A stretch of DNA of 63,099 nucleotides, filler included. It is 8 parts of 8 records of this genome, joined end to end, with 100 filler letters (N's around TTAATTAATTAA, not from the genome) between each part and the next. Parts side by side here need not be neighbours in the genome. Positions count along the whole stretch, not along the records: positions 57,742 to 63,099 come from SRR31156797_20016; 7 more parts are not named here. One strand, 5' to 3'. The translations under genes were made by a program, and so were the position numbers. Below are positions 60,449-63,099 of this stretch, piece by piece (the stretch's first letter is position 1; each line of letters begins with the position of its first letter). The notes beneath the pieces were generated by a model, which saw only the letters and a program-made list of their open reading frames with translations, searched no databases and was not told the origin of the DNA.

Positions 60449-61028
60449 GGGCAGGAAACCTGTTTTTGATAAAGGGCAGCTCGTGCGGGCGGCCATGGAA
60501 ATACTGGCGAAAGGCGGTCCCGGAGAGGTCGCCATGAAGGCGGTGGCTGATCGGGTCGGCTGCCCGATCGGGTCTTTGTATCACCGTTTTCCGTCCCGGG
60601 ACAAACTGATGGCCGAGATGTGGATTACGGTTGTGGAGGAATTTCAGGCCGGGTTTTTAGAACGGCTTGAGGCTGACGATTTTATAGGCGCCGCCCTTCA
60701 CACGCCTAGATGGGTTCGGCGGCATACAACCGAGGCAAGGGTATTGTTCCTTTACCGGCGGGAAGACCTTTTGACCGGAGATTGGCCGGAAGACCTGAAA
60801 AACAGGGCCGCCCATCTGGCCGCGGAACTGGATGACGGAATAAGATCATTTATCAGACGTTATTACGGGGAGATTAATTCGGAAAAGAGATTAAGGGTCG
60901 GTTTTGCACTCATTGATGCCCCTTTGGGATCCGTGCGGCGATACCTGGAAGAAGGCCGCAAGCCGCCCAAAATGGTGGACGACCTGTTGCTTGAGACGGT
61001 TAACGTTATTTTAAGGAAAGAAAAATGA
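60447..61028 (+). CDS. TetR/AcrR family regulator
   Basis: MGRKP, VAMKAVADRVGCPIGSLYHRFPSRDKL. Confidence 0.92.
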   Translation: MGRKPVFDKGQLVRAAMEILAKGGPGEVAMKAVADRVGCPIGSLYHRFPSRDKLMAEMWITVVEEFQAGFLERLEADDFIGAALHTPRWVRRHTTEARVLFLYRREDLLTGDWPEDLKNRAAHLAAELDDGIRSFIRRYYGEINSEKRLRVGFALIDAPLGSVRRYLEEGRKPPKMVDDLLLETVNVILRKEK

Positions 61029-61531
61029 AAATATATAACGTGCACGAACGGCGGCTGAATGCGTCGCCGGAAACAGTGGGAGCATTGATCGACGGTTTGG
61101 CCGGTCCTGACGAACGTCTTTGGCCTGTCGGGCCGTGGCCGGCCATGGAAATGTCCCCGGATCTTCGGCCGGGCGCCAGCGGGGGGCATGGTCCGGTTCG
61201 GTATCGGGTGACCGAATACATACCTAGGCGTAGGGCCGCTTTCGAATTTGAAGAAAAGGGAATAACCGCCGGATTGGACGGCCGGCATTTTTTCGAAGCG
61301 GCGCCGCGCCGCAAGGGCGTGGTGCTCAGGCATGTAATAGATGCGGATTGTAATTTCAAGGATTGGTTGAATTGGTTTATCACAATCCGGCCCATGCATA
61401 ACGCCCTGCTGGAAGATGCGCTGGACCTGGCCCAGAAGGAGACGGAGGGTTCTGTTCCCAAACCGGCTCGCTGGGGATTATGGGTTCGGTGCCTTCGCTG
61501 GATGGTTTACAGGAAGGCGCCGAAGGAATGA
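61025..61531 (+). CDS. SRPBCC (polyketide cyclase/START-like) family protein
   Basis: NVHER..VGALID..LWP..WP, GGHGPVRYRV and IRPMHNALLEDALD. ATGA overlap with tetR. Confidence 0.7.
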   Translation: MKIYNVHERRLNASPETVGALIDGLAGPDERLWPVGPWPAMEMSPDLRPGASGGHGPVRYRVTEYIPRRRAAFEFEEKGITAGLDGRHFFEAAPRRKGVVLRHVIDADCNFKDWLNWFITIRPMHNALLEDALDLAQKETEGSVPKPARWGLWVRCLRWMVYRKAPKE

Positions 61532-61594
61532 GTAAGTTTTCGAAATCACCTTTTGGGGAGTCCCCGGCCGGTTTTGACAATATACAGTAGAGAC

Positions 61595-62389
61595 TTATCG
61601 CTGCAGCCCGCCGCGCGCACTGTCATAGATCATTTCCTGTTCGCTTTCCTTGTGCCTGGCGGAGGCTTTCCATGAGTGTTTATCCGCCTTCAAAATGTTT
61701 ATTACTATATCCGGGTTCTCTGGAAAATTAGGTTTTAAAACAGTCATATCGCTGGTATAGGCGCCACTTTTAGCGTGGTGGCCTTCCTGGGCGACAGCCA
61801 GATTTTTCAAACACGATTTTGCCGCTGAATTATAAATCTTTCTATTAATGGTTAAATGTCCGCCCTGTTTCTCCAATCTGTTTAAATTGATATACCGGGC
61901 TATCTTGCCGAGACGTTCCGAGCGCGTTTCTATCTTTTCCAGGGATTCCGCCACCATTTGCTCTGCTTCCGTTGGGGGTAGTATACCGTCTTCCGCCATG
62001 GTGACTGCAGCCGCGGTTATTCCTAATTCCCATACTATTTCCTTAAAATCCCCTGCTCTATTAACCAAATCCTGTTGAGCCTTTCTGGACTCTTCCATAC
62101 TTTTGACCAATTCATCCATGAACAAGCCGCCCGAATTAACCATGGGCCCGATGGAAGCGGACAGAGAGTCAATAGAATTGACCATTTTTATTTGAGCATT
62201 TTTTGTTTCTTCAACTGCATTTCTTGCCTCGTCAATCAGGTCCTTTCCTGAATCAATCAGCGGCAGGGCGGTAATGAGCAGAACAACCAGGCATGTTGAA
62301 CACACAAGAAGAAAAATCGCCAATGATGCTTCACAGGCTTTTTTTGAAAATGACGATCCCTTCTCTTTCACAACCATTTCATTTTCCAT
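61595..62389 (-). CDS. Membrane protein with coiled coil and C-terminal type IV pilin-like head
   Basis: N-terminal TM, helical middle and YNSAAKSCLKNLAVAQE....SGAYT...W.ASARH......YDS..GG. AAGGAG RBS. Confidence 0.55.
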   Translation of the reverse strand: MENEMVVKEKGSSFSKKACEASLAIFLLVCSTCLVVLLITALPLIDSGKDLIDEARNAVEETKNAQIKMVNSIDSLSASIGPMVNSGGLFMDELVKSMEESRKAQQDLVNRAGDFKEIVWELGITAAAVTMAEDGILPPTEAEQMVAESLEKIETRSERLGKIARYINLNRLEKQGGHLTINRKIYNSAAKSCLKNLAVAQEGHHAKSGAYTSDMTVLKPNFPENPDIVINILKADKHSWKASARHKESEQEMIYDSARGGLQR

Positions 62390-62567
62390 TCTTATACTCC
62401 TTTGGCAATTGCGGTAAAGTGATTCAGCGTTAATGTAATTGGAAAATCAAACAATTATTGCAACAACACTTATCTGTTGTTTACTTGTCAAACAATATTT
62501 GATCACGGCGGCAAATAAACTGCTGCTTAAAAGAAAAAACTCATTTAACGAAGAACATCTTTAAGTG

Positions 62568-62825
62568 TTATTCCTTCCCGTCAAGATCAGGGCCTAGCGT
62601 TCTACCAAAGATTTTTAAAAATATCCCCTGCCAACCGCCTTCGCCGTATTTAAAAGCATATCGTTTAAGCCGTTCGTGCAATTCGGCGTCAAGTTCCATA
62701 TGGCCTGATTCCATGTCCACGCAACTTCTTAAATCACTAACAAGACCTTGGAAACCACCCCGCCCCTTAATCAAGTGCTCATCGAACAATACATCCATTT
62801 CGTCTTTATTCAGCTTTATATGCAT
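62568..62825 (-). CDS. Small conserved hypothetical protein (85 aa)
   Basis: GGAGG RBS before ATG 62825. GGFQGLV and RYAFKYGEGGWQ..IFGRTLG. Confidence 0.6.
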   Translation of the reverse strand: MHIKLNKDEMDVLFDEHLIKGRGGFQGLVSDLRSCVDMESGHMELDAELHERLKRYAFKYGEGGWQGIFLKIFGRTLGPDLDGKE

Positions 62826-63061
62826 GCCCCCTCCGAGATAATGTAATTTTATTTCATGGAGTTTCATACAGCTATCAAATTGTATTATGATGTGGCAAAA
62901 AAGCCCCCTTTGCTTATTTGTCATTTTAGTTAACATTTATCGTTGTGTCTATTATAAATTATATGCACTTCGGGGTCTCTTTTATTATGAAAATAGGAGC
63001 CTTGTCTTATTTAATGGATTTTTTCCAATCGTTTTCCGTATACAAAGCAAAACGTCAGCCC

Positions 63062-63090
63062 TTGACAAATTCATTACAATATGGTATTTA
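63062..63090 (+). promoter_or_regulatory. Sigma70-type promoter for an off-window gene
   Basis: TTGACA, 17 bp, TATTTA, with TG extended -10. Confidence 0.4.
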
Positions 63091-63099
63091 ACTTATTAA

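Noticed and set aside
62826-63099. ORF extension to 62936 and plus-strand ORF 62887..63099
   Set aside because: A strong RBS supports ATG 62825. The plus-strand ORF has no motif and overlaps promoter-like AT-rich sequence.

Overview
This window is not one locus. It is eight unrelated contigs joined by 100-bp artificial linkers (N44-TTAATTAATTAA-N44): 1-7932, 8033-20434, 20535-28421, 28522-36320, 36421-43389, 43490-49135, 49236-57641 and 57742-63099. Taxonomy below is inferred from gene content, composition and promoter style only. C1 (Desulfobacterota-like) is a regulator-rich redox/detoxification region with two C-GCAxxG-C-C proteins, TetR, a GAF-like protein, an Acr3/SBF-family transporter, LysR, an O-methyltransferase, DJ-1/PfpI and a frameshifted DUF1573 gene. 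It carries a duplicated TetR operator and three promoters sharing one LysR-type architecture. C2 (Bacteroidota) has T9SS cargo proteins, an exonuclease-GIY-YIG fusion, an MFS transporter and citDE, with heptamer repeats at both ends. C3 (Bacteroidota) is an extended organoarsenical-resistance-like island: partial arsR, arsEFG-like genes, arsP-like permease, a split-Soret-type Tat cytochrome c, ProC-like and DGC proteins, an aquaglyceroporin, a CobW-type GTPase and a thioredoxin, with repeated ArsR-like boxes. C4 (Clostridia-like) has an integrase remnant, a two-component/ABC module and a choice-of-anchor A surface protein. C5 (Campylobacterota-like) has a NIT-CZB chemoreceptor and a sensor with three solute-binding domains. 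C6 has a FadL-like barrel, a Gly-X-Thr repeat lipoprotein, an S24 repressor lacking its catalytic dyad, and feoAB with a DtxR-like box. C7 has a hybrid kinase, an M29 aminopeptidase, a radical SAM enzyme, typA and mutS2. C8 has two TetRs with operators, a CoA-disulfide reductase-rhodanese, an SRPBCC protein and a pilin-head fusion. No rRNA, tRNA or CRISPR array was seen. All family calls come from motif recognition; no searches were run.
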